Shown: positions 1 to 8,465 of the stretch, piece after piece
Layout of the letters: every line of letters starts with the position of its first letter
How positions within the stretch are numbered: the stretch's first letter is position 1
From: a virus
Lineage: Duplodnaviria > Caudoviricetes
Length of the DNA: 64,000 nt
Virus record (IMG/VR): IMGVR_UViG_3300012983_001373
Coordinates: 1-64,000 of that record
Strand: one strand, 5' to 3'
Translations under genes and position numbers: made by a program
Notes under the pieces: generated by a model
Databases searched by the model: none
Seen by the model: only the letters and a program-made list of their open reading frames with translations
Told to the model about the DNA's origin: nothing

Positions 1-1812
1 AATATAGATGAAGCTATAAATATAATAAATCAAGTAGCTCCTTGTGTATTATTAATAGATGAAGTAGAGAAAGCTCTTGGAGGTAAACGATTAAGTCGTT
101 CATGCACGGTAATATATTAGTATAAAATACTAATTTAGGGACGGTGCAGTTATGATAGTTAAGTGTAATTATTGCGGAAAAGAATTTAAAATTTCAGATT
201 CTAGATATAAAAATAGTAAAACAAAAATATTTCATTGTTGTAAAGAACATGCAGCGTTGGCGAGAGAATTAGGAAATGTTCCAAATCCGTTAGCAAATGC
301 ACCTACAATGATATTGATTTGTGAATTATGCGGAAAAGAATTTGAAATTAAAGAATCGTATTATCGCAAACAAAGCAAAAGAGGCCAAACTCCTAAATAT
401 TGTAGTAATGATTGTAGACACTTAGCACGCAGAACATTTGATAGAATCGAATGTCAATGCGATTATTGTGGTAAAGATATTATTGCAATAGACAAGAATA
501 ATACAAATCATTATTGCAGTCAAGAATGTAGAATTGCTCATGTAAAAGAGCAAGGAGCAATAATAACTACATGTGCTTATTGTGGAAAAGAAATCGAAAA
601 AAATAAATATGCATATGATAGAGCAAAAATTCATTTTTGTAATCAAGAATGTTATGATGCTTATAGAATCAATAAAAAAGAAACATATACAGAGATATCA
701 CATTATCTTCGTACTTGTGAAGAATATGACAAATGGCGTGCAGATATAATGGCTAGAGACCATTATAAATGTGCAAAATGTAATTCAAAAGATTCTTTAC
801 ATGTACATCATATAAATCAATTGTATGATATATGTGAAAAATATAATTTCGATATTAATACCATAATAAATTCAGAGGAGTTTTTGGATAGAACTAATGG
901 AATTACTTTATGCACTGACTGTCATGCTCTTGAACATCCATATATTTCAAGAGATGAAAAAGGACGATTTATTAGCCGTTCTAAGACAAAGCCACAGAAG
1001 TCTTAGAATTATTAGGGCAGAAAAAATCTGGAAAGCGGGTTATGTCCGTAATCAGAGGTGAAGGCTAAGTTTAAAAGCTTAGTCAGCCGCAACGCATAGA
1101 CACTGAAACTACTATGTAGAATATAATGTGTCCACGAGGCTGCCCCACGGTGTGGTATTAAATCCGTGAAAAGATATGCTGGACTGTACTGTAATGGTAC
1201 AGAAGTATGGATAAAAAACCATACGATAACAATTCGTATAAGAGCTCAAATGCTTCAGATAGTGGTACTCTTGCAAGGGTATTTGGTAAGATACTAAACT
1301 TACTTGCAGAAAACGATAGAGGTATATATACTGTTATGACTTCTAATAACGTAGAAGACTTACCACCAGAATTAACAAGAGCAGGAAGACTAGACGGTAT
1401 AATATATTTCAATTTAGGCGATGCAGAAGAAAGAAAAGCAATATTTAATGTTCACTTAAATAAAAGAGGACATAAGCTACCTGATAGCGTATTATTACAA
1501 ATAGCAAAAGAAACTAATAAGTATACTGGAGCAGAAATAGAACAAGTTGTTATATCTGCCATAAGAAAAGCATTCGTTAGAATGAAAAAATCTGGTTCAA
1601 CTAAATATGAAATAACTATAGAGGATTTAATGTCTGCTAAAAATGATGTTATACCTGTAGCAATATCTTCTAGAGAAACAATAGATAAATTAGAAAAATG
1701 GGTTAAAGGAAGAGCTATATATTCTAATAAAGTTGCACCTAAAAAGAAACCTGCAATAGGCAAAAAATCAACAGCACAATTAGAAGAAATAAATGTTGAT
1801 GACTTATTATAA
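1..1812 (+). CDS. Ycf46-like AAA+ ATPase, 5'-partial, interrupted by a group I intron (exons <1..84 and 1237..1812)
   Basis: Frame 1 from base 1 reads NIDEAINIINQVAPCVLLIDEVEKALGG (Walker B LLIDE). Joining to 1237 gives ...KALGG|YKSSNASDSGTLARVFGKIL..., then TSN sensor-1, LPPELTRAGRLD arginine-finger region and YTGAEIE. The 1207 start in the ORF track lies inside the intron. Confidence 0.85.
85..1236 (+). ncRNA. Group I self-splicing intron (IA-like, with P7.1) carrying an HNH endonuclease
   Basis: 5' exon ends in U (GGT 82-84) and the intron ends in G (1236). P3 GGGCAG 1015-1020 / CTGCCC 1140-1145; P7 GCATA 1094-1098 / TATGC 1175-1179 after AAAAGA. P2, P6, P7.1, P8, P9 and P9.1 hairpins are present and covary with the intron at 23815-24924. 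Confidence 0.88.
152..1006 (+). CDS. Intron-encoded HNH homing endonuclease with repeated CxxCGK...(F/Y)CxxxC zinc-finger units
   Basis: Four CxxCGK zinc-ribbon repeats, then CAKC...LHVHHI...NGITLCTDCHALEH HNH motif; located inside the intron. Confidence 0.85.
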   Translation: MIVKCNYCGKEFKISDSRYKNSKTKIFHCCKEHAALARELGNVPNPLANAPTMILICELCGKEFEIKESYYRKQSKRGQTPKYCSNDCRHLARRTFDRIECQCDYCGKDIIAIDKNNTNHYCSQECRIAHVKEQGAIITTCAYCGKEIEKNKYAYDRAKIHFCNQECYDAYRINKKETYTEISHYLRTCEEYDKWRADIMARDHYKCAKCNSKDSLHVHHINQLYDICEKYNFDINTIINSEEFLDRTNGITLCTDCHALEHPYISRDEKGRFISRSKTKPQKS

Positions 1813-1826
1813 AAGGAGAAATAATT

Positions 1827-2045
1827 ATGAAATTTAAAGATTTTAATGAAGTACGAGAATATATAGAAATGAATAGCAGGGTAATTACTAGAGAACTGCC
1901 TTATTGTGCTTTTTGCGATAATGTAATTGATTCATATGATGGTACAGTAAAATATTGTGAATTAGAAATAGAAGAAGGTTTTGAATTATTCTGTTGTGAA
2001 GGTCATATGGAAAGATATTTAGAAAAGTATATAAAGGAGGAATAA
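1827..2045 (+). CDS. Small hypothetical protein, possible Zn-binding (CxxC...CCxxH)
   Basis: ORF with AAGGAG RBS. Confidence 0.7.
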   Translation: MKFKDFNEVREYIEMNSRVITRELPYCAFCDNVIDSYDGTVKYCELEIEEGFELFCCEGHMERYLEKYIKEE

Positions 2046-2047
2046 TT

Positions 2048-2305
2048 ATGGATGACTCATTCGCAAGATTTATAAATGAAGAGTTTGAATGGATTTTTAG
2101 TGATGAAGATAGTGTTAATTATATTATAGAAGGCTTTAATGATAAAAGATTGACTTCAGAAAAGTTTTATAAACATTTTGATGAATTTAAAAACCAAGTT
2201 GTTAATATGACCTCTAATGATGAATGGATAATACAACAGATACATGAGCGTATGGATGATATGCTTAGAGATGTATTAAAAGAATATTTAAATAATTACC
2301 AATAA
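2048..2305 (+). CDS. Small acidic hypothetical protein
   Basis: ORF with AAGGAGG RBS, coupled to the upstream stop. Confidence 0.7.
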   Translation: MDDSFARFINEEFEWIFSDEDSVNYIIEGFNDKRLTSEKFYKHFDEFKNQVVNMTSNDEWIIQQIHERMDDMLRDVLKEYLNNYQ

Positions 2306-2341
2306 TTTATATATTTTATTAAAGAAAGAGAGGTATATATT

Positions 2342-2698
2342 ATGAGTATTATGATAGATGATGACAACGATTTAGTAGTTGACACGAAAGCCACTAAAGA
2401 CTCTTCTGATAAAGAACATATGAAAAATGCAATACAGCAAGGCTTAAACGATGTTAAAGAGATAAATGAGTTATTTACTAAACTATCAGAATTGTTAGAG
2501 CCATTTGGCGATAATGAAGCAATTGAAGGACTTAAAGTTGTTTATGAAGAAGTTGTACCAAATATACTTTTAGGAAAATATGATGAAATCATAGAAATGC
2601 TTCAAATGACATCAAATGAACCTAGAGAACTATTAGAAATGAGATTAAAAGTTCAAAGAAAAGAATATGTTAATGGACTAATGAATAAATATAATTAA
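2342..2698 (+). CDS. Hypothetical protein
   Basis: ORF with GAGAGG RBS. Confidence 0.7.
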   Translation: MSIMIDDDNDLVVDTKATKDSSDKEHMKNAIQQGLNDVKEINELFTKLSELLEPFGDNEAIEGLKVVYEEVVPNILLGKYDEIIEMLQMTSNEPRELLEMRLKVQRKEYVNGLMNKYN

Positions 2699-2810
2699 GA
2701 GTAATAGATTAGTTTAAAATAAAATTTATAATATATTAAAAAAATAAAGTGGTTGCCTCACCACTAGGTCGAACGAGGTGCCCTTAAATGGGCAAGAAAA
2801 GGAGATAATT

Positions 2811-3221
2811 ATGTCAGTATGGAAAAAAATAGAATCAAATGTATTAGGAACAAACGTTAATGAAAAAATATTAGAAGCTGCTTTAAAAGATTTAGGATTA
2901 AGCTTAGATAAATCAGTTAAAAATATAAGAAACTCTTGGGGAACAGATACTTGTGATGCAGCTATAGTTAATAGCCAAGGAAGAGTAACTGCTATGGGAA
3001 TAAGATGGACAGCTAAAAGAGGAATAGAGTTAGTTGGAGATACTTTCGGCGGTGGATTTGGACATGGAATAGGAGATAAAGGACAAGAAACATTAATGAA
3101 TAAGATAGCTCAAGCTTATCAAGTTAGACATATAAAACATAAAATGCAATTAAATAACTGGAATGTAGAAAGACAAGTTGAACAAAATGGAAAAGTAAAA
3201 CTAGTATTAGTTCAAGCTTAG
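2811..3221 (+). CDS. DUF1257 / Ycf35-like protein
   Basis: ATG 2811 follows AAGGAG. Pattern MSxWKKIE...LEAALKDLG...MGIRW...IAQAY...NNWNVERQVEQNGKVKLVL resembles DUF1257; located near the AAA ATPase and DUF2997-like gene. Confidence 0.7.
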   Translation: MSVWKKIESNVLGTNVNEKILEAALKDLGLSLDKSVKNIRNSWGTDTCDAAIVNSQGRVTAMGIRWTAKRGIELVGDTFGGGFGHGIGDKGQETLMNKIAQAYQVRHIKHKMQLNNWNVERQVEQNGKVKLVLVQA

Positions 3222-3227
3222 TATATT

Positions 3228-3257
3228 AAGTGGGAATGTCTTTCCCACTTTTTATTT
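3228..3257 (+). terminator. Rho-independent terminator
   Basis: AAGTGGGAA/TTCCCACTT stem followed by a T-tract. Confidence 0.75.
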
Positions 3258-3284
3258 ATTTTAATATTATAGGAGGGTAATTAT

Positions 3285-3611
3285 ATGGAATGGATTATAT
3301 GTAATAATAAGTACGTTGTAATTAAAACAGTCATCAAAGGAGTAGAAACAAGAACAAACATTTTTAAAGATACAGAAATTGAAACAGAAATAAAACTATT
3401 TAAACTTGAAAAAGAAGCTAAGAAGTTTCTTATGCAAGAAAAAGACGTTCTTATGAGTCAATTAATTGAAAAATATGATTCTAATAATTTCAGCAATTTC
3501 GATTTAGATGAATATGGTGTATTAATTCAAAATAATAACATTCTTGAGTTTGTTGATTACGAAGGAGAAATGCAGATTAAATATGAATTAAAGAACGTCA
3601 GAGAACTATAA
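3285..3611 (+). CDS. Hypothetical protein
   Basis: ORF with AGGAGG RBS. Confidence 0.7.
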   Translation: MEWIICNNKYVVIKTVIKGVETRTNIFKDTEIETEIKLFKLEKEAKKFLMQEKDVLMSQLIEKYDSNNFSNFDLDEYGVLIQNNNILEFVDYEGEMQIKYELKNVREL

Positions 3612-3631
3612 AATATTAAGGAGGCTATTTA

Positions 3632-4027
3632 ATGACTAAAAGAGAATTTTTATTAGAACTTTATGGAGTAGAAACCATGGAAGAACTAGAAGAAAAAGCA
3701 GATTCAATAGTACTTGAGGGAGATTTAGACGTAGAACTTAATGATGAAGATTCAATGGATGTACATTGGAAGCATGTAGTATCATGCGTTTATAAAAAAG
3801 ATGAAATGATGGAAAAAATAGTGATGAGAGCACACGAAATAGAATTAGAACAACCTGTTATGACTTTAGAATTAGATGATGAAGAGCAAACACCACAACA
3901 ACCGCGCCCTCAAAATATATTTGAATTAATGGCAATAAAAGTTAGACAAAAAATAGAAGAAGCTAAAAGAAATATTCAGATAGAAATAGATGAAGGCGAT
4001 GATGAAGAGCCACCTGTTGAAGAATAA
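3632..4027 (+). CDS. Highly acidic hypothetical protein
   Basis: ORF with AAGGAGG RBS; very D/E-rich. Confidence 0.75.
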   Translation: MTKREFLLELYGVETMEELEEKADSIVLEGDLDVELNDEDSMDVHWKHVVSCVYKKDEMMEKIVMRAHEIELEQPVMTLELDDEEQTPQQPRPQNIFELMAIKVRQKIEEAKRNIQIEIDEGDDEEPPVEE

Positions 4028-4030
4028 TAC

Positions 4031-4065
4031 ATAAGACATCTGTTTAAGCAGGTGTCTTATTTTTC
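4031..4065 (+). terminator. Rho-independent terminator
   Basis: ATAAGACATCTG/CAGGTGTCTTAT stem plus T-tract. Confidence 0.75.
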
Positions 4066-4098
4066 TAATATAAAATAAATATATAAAGGAGATATATT

Positions 4099-4302
4099 AT
4101 GAAAAGAGTAGAAATAATAATAAATGAAGATGGAAACTATGAAATAGATTGTAAAGAAGGATTTGAAGGAGTTGCTTGTGATAAGAAGACATTAGAAATA
4201 ATATCAATATGCGGTGGAGCAGAAAAAGAGAAAAAAGAAAAACCTGAGTATTATAATGGAAATGGCGATAACTTTGATACTATAATAAATGGAAATAAAT
4301 AG
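4099..4302 (+). CDS. DUF2997-like protein
   Basis: MKRVEIIINEDG..EI...GFEGVAC...T...KPEYY matches the remembered DUF2997 pattern; AAGGAG RBS. Confidence 0.7.
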   Translation: MKRVEIIINEDGNYEIDCKEGFEGVACDKKTLEIISICGGAEKEKKEKPEYYNGNGDNFDTIINGNK

Positions 4303-4311
4303 GAGGCCATC

Positions 4312-4488
4312 ATGGAGCATACTTGTCCTAATTGTGGAGCAGATTTAAGAGAAGTTGGCGTTTACACTAAAACATACAATAATTTTGAATACTGTGAAAG
4401 ACTGAATTGTTTTGCTTTTAATTATGATGATTCAGACGGAGTTTTTTGTGGATCTTGCGACGGATATGTAGATGTTGAATTATTGTAA
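4312..4488 (+). CDS. 58-aa zinc-ribbon protein (not in ORF track)
   Basis: AGGAGG RBS; MEHTCPNCGADL...VFCGSCDGYVDVELL with two CxxC motifs. Confidence 0.7.
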   Translation: MEHTCPNCGADLREVGVYTKTYNNFEYCERLNCFAFNYDDSDGVFCGSCDGYVDVELL

Positions 4489-4589
4489 AAAGAACAAATA
4501 ATTATATTACCCTATATAGAGGCTTTTTTAAAAAAATTTTGAAGAGAAATTTTAAAAAAAATAAAAAAATTTTTAAAAAGGAGAAAAAT

Positions 4590-4715
4590 ATGAAAAACAG
4601 AGTTAAAAAAATTTTAAGAGAACAATATGGGATAAGACAAATCAATGGAAAGAGTTTAAGCAGTTATAAGTTTAGTTTCTTGTGTGCTTATATAGATATG
4701 TTAAATAAAAATTAA
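4590..4715 (+). CDS. 41-aa basic protein, weakly YflJ/DUF2639-like (not in ORF track)
   Basis: AAGGAG RBS; MKNRVKKILREQYGIRQINGKSLSSYKFSFL... Confidence 0.5.
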   Translation: MKNRVKKILREQYGIRQINGKSLSSYKFSFLCAYIDMLNKN

Positions 4716-4735
4716 ATTAGAAAGGAGCAGGGCTA

Positions 4736-6640
4736 ATGGAGCAAGCAATAAATATATTTGATGGATTAAATCCAGAACAAGCTGAAGCTGTTAGATCTAT
4801 CTATGGACCTGTGTTAGTTAATGCAGGACCTGGTGCAGGGAAGACAGCAACTCTTACTAAGAGAGCACAATATATGATAATGCAGGGCATAGACCCTGCT
4901 TCTATTCTTTTAACTACATTTACTAATAAAGCTGCTACGGAAATAAAAGAACGTATAGTAAAAGTAGTAGGAGAAGAAGGAAAGCAAATAACTGTAGGAA
5001 CTTTTCATAGTGTATGCAATAGAATATTAAGAATATATGGTCATAAATTAGGATACACTAAAACTTTCACTATATTAAGTGAAGATGATACTGATAAGGT
5101 TATAAAAAAAGCAGCTAAACAATATGGTCTTGATAATAGTGACTTAAAAGCCTATATATCTGATTGTAAATCAAGACTAATAACTCCTGCTAAAGCATTA
5201 GCAAATGCTAAGAGCAATGAGTTATCTTTAGCAAATGCATATGACGTATATCAAAAAACTATATTTGATAATCAATCAATGGACTTTGATGACCTATTAT
5301 TAAATACTGTTATCTTATTAGAAAACTATGCAGATGTTAAAAAGGCATTAAATAACAAATGGAAATATATATCTGGAGATGAAGTTCAAGATAGTTCTGA
5401 TACAGATGCTAGACTTATGGAATTATTAGCTGGAGAAGAACAAAATGTGTTCTTAGTAGGAGATGACCTACAAGGCATATATAATTTCAGAGGTGCTAAC
5501 ATAGATGTTATATTAAATCTTGAATCAAGATATCCAGGACTTAAATTTATAAACTTAAAGAATAATTATAGAAGTACAGACACTATAGTTTATGGAGCGA
5601 AATCTTTAGTTGATAAAAATAAAAAGCAATTAAAGAAAGAATTACATGCAGCTAGAGAAGTTAAAGGCGCTCCAATAATACAAACTAAGTGTAAGAACCA
5701 AGAGCATGAGGCACGTAATATCGTAACTTATATAAAAATGTGCCACAATAAATATAAAATACCTTATAACGAAATAGCAGTATTATATAGAATGACATAT
5801 CTAAGTAGAAATATAGAAGAAGCTTTAATGAAAGAAAAAATACCTTATACTTTAATAGGTTCTATACCTTTCTTCTGTAGAGAAGAGGTACAAGATATTT
5901 TAGCTTATATAAGAGTTATACTAAATGAAAAAGATATGTTAGCTTTTACTAGAAGTATAAATAGACCTAAAAGAGGTATAGGGGATGCTAGTTTAAGAGC
6001 CATAGAAGAATTCGTTAGAACACATGCAATAAATGAAATGACTCCTAGAGCAGCATTAGTTCATCCTGATTTACAAAAGAAATTAAGAGGCAAAGCTAAA
6101 CAAGGAGTAAAAGATTTTGCTGAATTCCTTGATAAATTAGAACAAAAAGTATCTGAATTATCTCCTAGCAAATTAATAAATTGGCTTATAGTAGAATTAG
6201 ATTATGTAGGTTATTTACAAGAGACAAAAGATGAAAAAGATTTACAACCTAAAATAGAAAACTTACAAGAGCTTGTAAATGTTGCGTCTGAATACAATGA
6301 TTTAGAAGACTTATTAGTACAAGCATCATTATACAGAGAAGATACTGAAGACAATTCTGATAAAGTTCAACTTATGACTATGCACAAATCAAAAGGATTA
6401 GAATATAAAGCAGTTATAGTAGCAGGTTGTGCAGAAGGAATCTCTCCTCATTATAAAGCTTGTGAAGATCCATTACAAATGGAAGAAGAAAGAAGATGCA
6501 TGTATGTAGCTATGACTAGAGCCAAAGACTATTTATTTATGACTTATCCTTCTATGATAAAGATACAAGGCAAGGATAATTATGCAAAACCATCAAGATT
6601 TCTAAATGAAATCAATCCAAAATATGTTTATAAAAATTAA
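4736..6640 (+). CDS. pcrA: UvrD/PcrA-family ATP-dependent DNA helicase
   Basis: LNPEQ, AGPGAGKT, TFTNKAA, DEVQD, VGDDLQGIYNFRGA, NYRST, MTMHKSKGLEY and YVAMTRAK motifs. Confidence 0.95.
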   Translation: MEQAINIFDGLNPEQAEAVRSIYGPVLVNAGPGAGKTATLTKRAQYMIMQGIDPASILLTTFTNKAATEIKERIVKVVGEEGKQITVGTFHSVCNRILRIYGHKLGYTKTFTILSEDDTDKVIKKAAKQYGLDNSDLKAYISDCKSRLITPAKALANAKSNELSLANAYDVYQKTIFDNQSMDFDDLLLNTVILLENYADVKKALNNKWKYISGDEVQDSSDTDARLMELLAGEEQNVFLVGDDLQGIYNFRGANIDVILNLESRYPGLKFINLKNNYRSTDTIVYGAKSLVDKNKKQLKKELHAAREVKGAPIIQTKCKNQEHEARNIVTYIKMCHNKYKIPYNEIAVLYRMTYLSRNIEEALMKEKIPYTLIGSIPFFCREEVQDILAYIRVILNEKDMLAFTRSINRPKRGIGDASLRAIEEFVRTHAINEMTPRAALVHPDLQKKLRGKAKQGVKDFAEFLDKLEQKVSELSPSKLINWLIVELDYVGYLQETKDEKDLQPKIENLQELVNVASEYNDLEDLLVQASLYREDTEDNSDKVQLMTMHKSKGLEYKAVIVAGCAEGISPHYKACEDPLQMEEERRCMYVAMTRAKDYLFMTYPSMIKIQGKDNYAKPSRFLNEINPKYVYKN

Positions 6641-6657
6641 TAAGGGAGGAATATTAT

Positions 6658-6948
6658 ATGATTTATAAAGTTAAGTATAAGGACGTAATTCATAATGAAC
6701 ATTCTATATTTTGTCATGCAAATTCGTTAGACGATTTAGGAAAACAAATCATAGACTATCATGCAGTCGTAGACCATCTAAATAAAGAAGAAGCATCTAT
6801 TCATTTTAATGAATTGAGTTATATAAAAGAAGGATTATATGAATATGACATAGATGTGTCTCTTAATCATTTATTTAAAGACGATGTAGGCTCATTGACA
6901 TTAGCTAATCAATATCATGGCACAGTAGAACTTGTAAAAGAAATATAA
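6658..6948 (+). CDS. Hypothetical protein
   Basis: ORF with GGGAGG RBS. Confidence 0.7.
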   Translation: MIYKVKYKDVIHNEHSIFCHANSLDDLGKQIIDYHAVVDHLNKEEASIHFNELSYIKEGLYEYDIDVSLNHLFKDDVGSLTLANQYHGTVELVKEI

Positions 6949-6979
6949 TAAAAATTATAATTATAAAGGAGAGATTTAT

Positions 6980-7567
6980 ATGAATAAAAAAATAAAAAGT
7001 TTATTAGTTGCTGGATTATTAGTAGTTGGAATGAGTGGAAATGTATTTGCAAATGAATCAGAACTACCTACAGTATCAACATCTACAATATCTTATCCAA
7101 AATTTGAAGATGGTAAAAGAGTTGTAGAACTTCAAGGCGGTCTTATAGTAGTTGAAATGACAGAAAAAGAAAATGGCGAATATGATATAGTTGTAAAATG
7201 GAAAGAAGAAAGTATAAAAATACTAGGAGTAAAATCATATTATGAAAATGGTTCTATAGAACATACAAATTATTTTGAAGAATTATATCATTGCAACACA
7301 TTAGGGAAAGACGGAGAATTCGTTTTTGGTAAAGTTTTAGGAGGAGGACAAGGATTCTCTGGTCCTTTAGGAAAATTAGTCAAAGTTGAAGTAAAATTTG
7401 AAAATCTTACAAAAGGCAATGAACCAATAGTTCCACCAGTAACACCACCAGAAGAAGATATAGATGATCCAGAAACAGGAGACGCTAGTTCTTTAATAGT
7501 TGTAGGTACAGCAATAGCTTCAGCTATAGGAGTTTATACATTAAGTAAAAAAGATGATGAAGAATAA
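6980..7567 (+). CDS. Secreted cell-wall-anchored protein (predicted sortase substrate)
   Basis: N-terminal Sec signal (MNKKIKSLLVAGLLVVGMSGNVFA), Pro/acidic linker, C-terminal DPETG followed by a hydrophobic stretch and a KK tail. Confidence 0.85.
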   Translation: MNKKIKSLLVAGLLVVGMSGNVFANESELPTVSTSTISYPKFEDGKRVVELQGGLIVVEMTEKENGEYDIVVKWKEESIKILGVKSYYENGSIEHTNYFEELYHCNTLGKDGEFVFGKVLGGGQGFSGPLGKLVKVEVKFENLTKGNEPIVPPVTPPEEDIDDPETGDASSLIVVGTAIASAIGVYTLSKKDDEE

Positions 7568-7575
7568 TTAATTAT

Positions 7576-7601
7576 AAGCAGGGATTTTCCCTGCTTGTTT
7601 T
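7576..7601 (+). terminator. Terminator-like hairpin between the substrate and sortase genes
   Basis: AAGCAGGG/CCCTGCTT stem followed by GTTTT. Confidence 0.6.
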
Positions 7602-7617
7602 ATAGAAAGGAGGTTGT

Positions 7618-8289
7618 ATGAACAAAAAAGCAAGGAAGATTTTGAGTTTTGCATTGACTGCAGTTTTATCTATAAGCTGTTGGGAAGTAGGAAAGAAACA
7701 ATATCATTATATATCTAATCAAAGAGAACACGCTGCTCTTATTAGAGAAAAAGAGAAAACTGATATTCAAAACTATCTATATGATAAAGAATACGATTGG
7801 ATCAATCTTTCTAATACGGCAATAGATTATCCTTTAGTTATAGCTACAGACAATCAATATTATTTAACACATAACCATGAAGGAGAATCAAGTATTGCTG
7901 GTGCAATCTATTATGATTCTTCAGATGAAATTTATAATGGAAATTTAACTGTTATATATGGACATTCTATGAGAGATGGAACTATGTTTAATAATCTACA
8001 CTATTTCCCTAAAGATATAGATAGATTCAATTCTTCTGAGCTAACGATAAGTACTAAAGAAGAAGATAAGAAATACAAACCTTTAGGTTTTGCTATATAT
8101 AACGGTAACGATTCTTTTTATAACCAATTAGATACTATAGATACAGGTTCATTAAAAGCATCTTTACAAAATAGATGTGAATATATTAATAATACAGAAA
8201 TAAGACATGATGATCATATAATAGGATTAGTTACATGCGACTACAGTATTAACAATGGCAGATTAATTGTATTCTATATTTCAGAATAA
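7618..8289 (+). CDS. srtB: Class B sortase
   Basis: N-terminal membrane anchor; WI..SNTAIDYPLV..TDNQYYL, GAIYYD, IYGHSMRDGTMF (catalytic His), LVTC (catalytic Cys), NGR (catalytic Arg). Confidence 0.9.
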   Translation: MNKKARKILSFALTAVLSISCWEVGKKQYHYISNQREHAALIREKEKTDIQNYLYDKEYDWINLSNTAIDYPLVIATDNQYYLTHNHEGESSIAGAIYYDSSDEIYNGNLTVIYGHSMRDGTMFNNLHYFPKDIDRFNSSELTISTKEEDKKYKPLGFAIYNGNDSFYNQLDTIDTGSLKASLQNRCEYINNTEIRHDDHIIGLVTCDYSINNGRLIVFYISE

Positions 8290-8302
8290 AGGAGAATTTA
8301 TT

Positions 8303-8463
8303 ATGAAGAAGAAAAATTTTTTGATTATGCATTCTGGGCAAGTGTTGCCATGTTTGTAATAGGATTTGGATTCGTGTTAGGTGAAGTTCAACCAATTGGA
8401 TTATCTTTAACAGGGATAGGAGTAACAGGTTGCATAATAAGCTTATTAAATACTGAGGAATAA
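8303..8463 (+). pseudogene. Small two-TM membrane protein gene requiring a -1 frameshift (or carrying a 1-nt deletion)
   Basis: AAGGAG RBS and ATG 8303. The 0-frame stops after 18 aa. The -1 frame after the A5T6 run reads FDYAFWASVAMFVIGFGFVLGEVQPIGLSLTGIGVTGCIISLLNTEE and ends 2 nt before the next ATG. Confidence 0.55.
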
Positions 8464-8465
8464 CT

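Noticed and set aside
1207-1236. ORF-track start of the AAA fragment at 1207 (likewise 24853 for the helicase fragment)
   Set aside because: These starts lie inside intron P8/P9 elements; the coding exons begin at 1237 and 24925.
4489-4589. A/T-tract-rich gap as a possible replication origin
   Set aside because: No iterons or DnaA boxes seen; it is explained equally well as a promoter region in an AT-rich genome.
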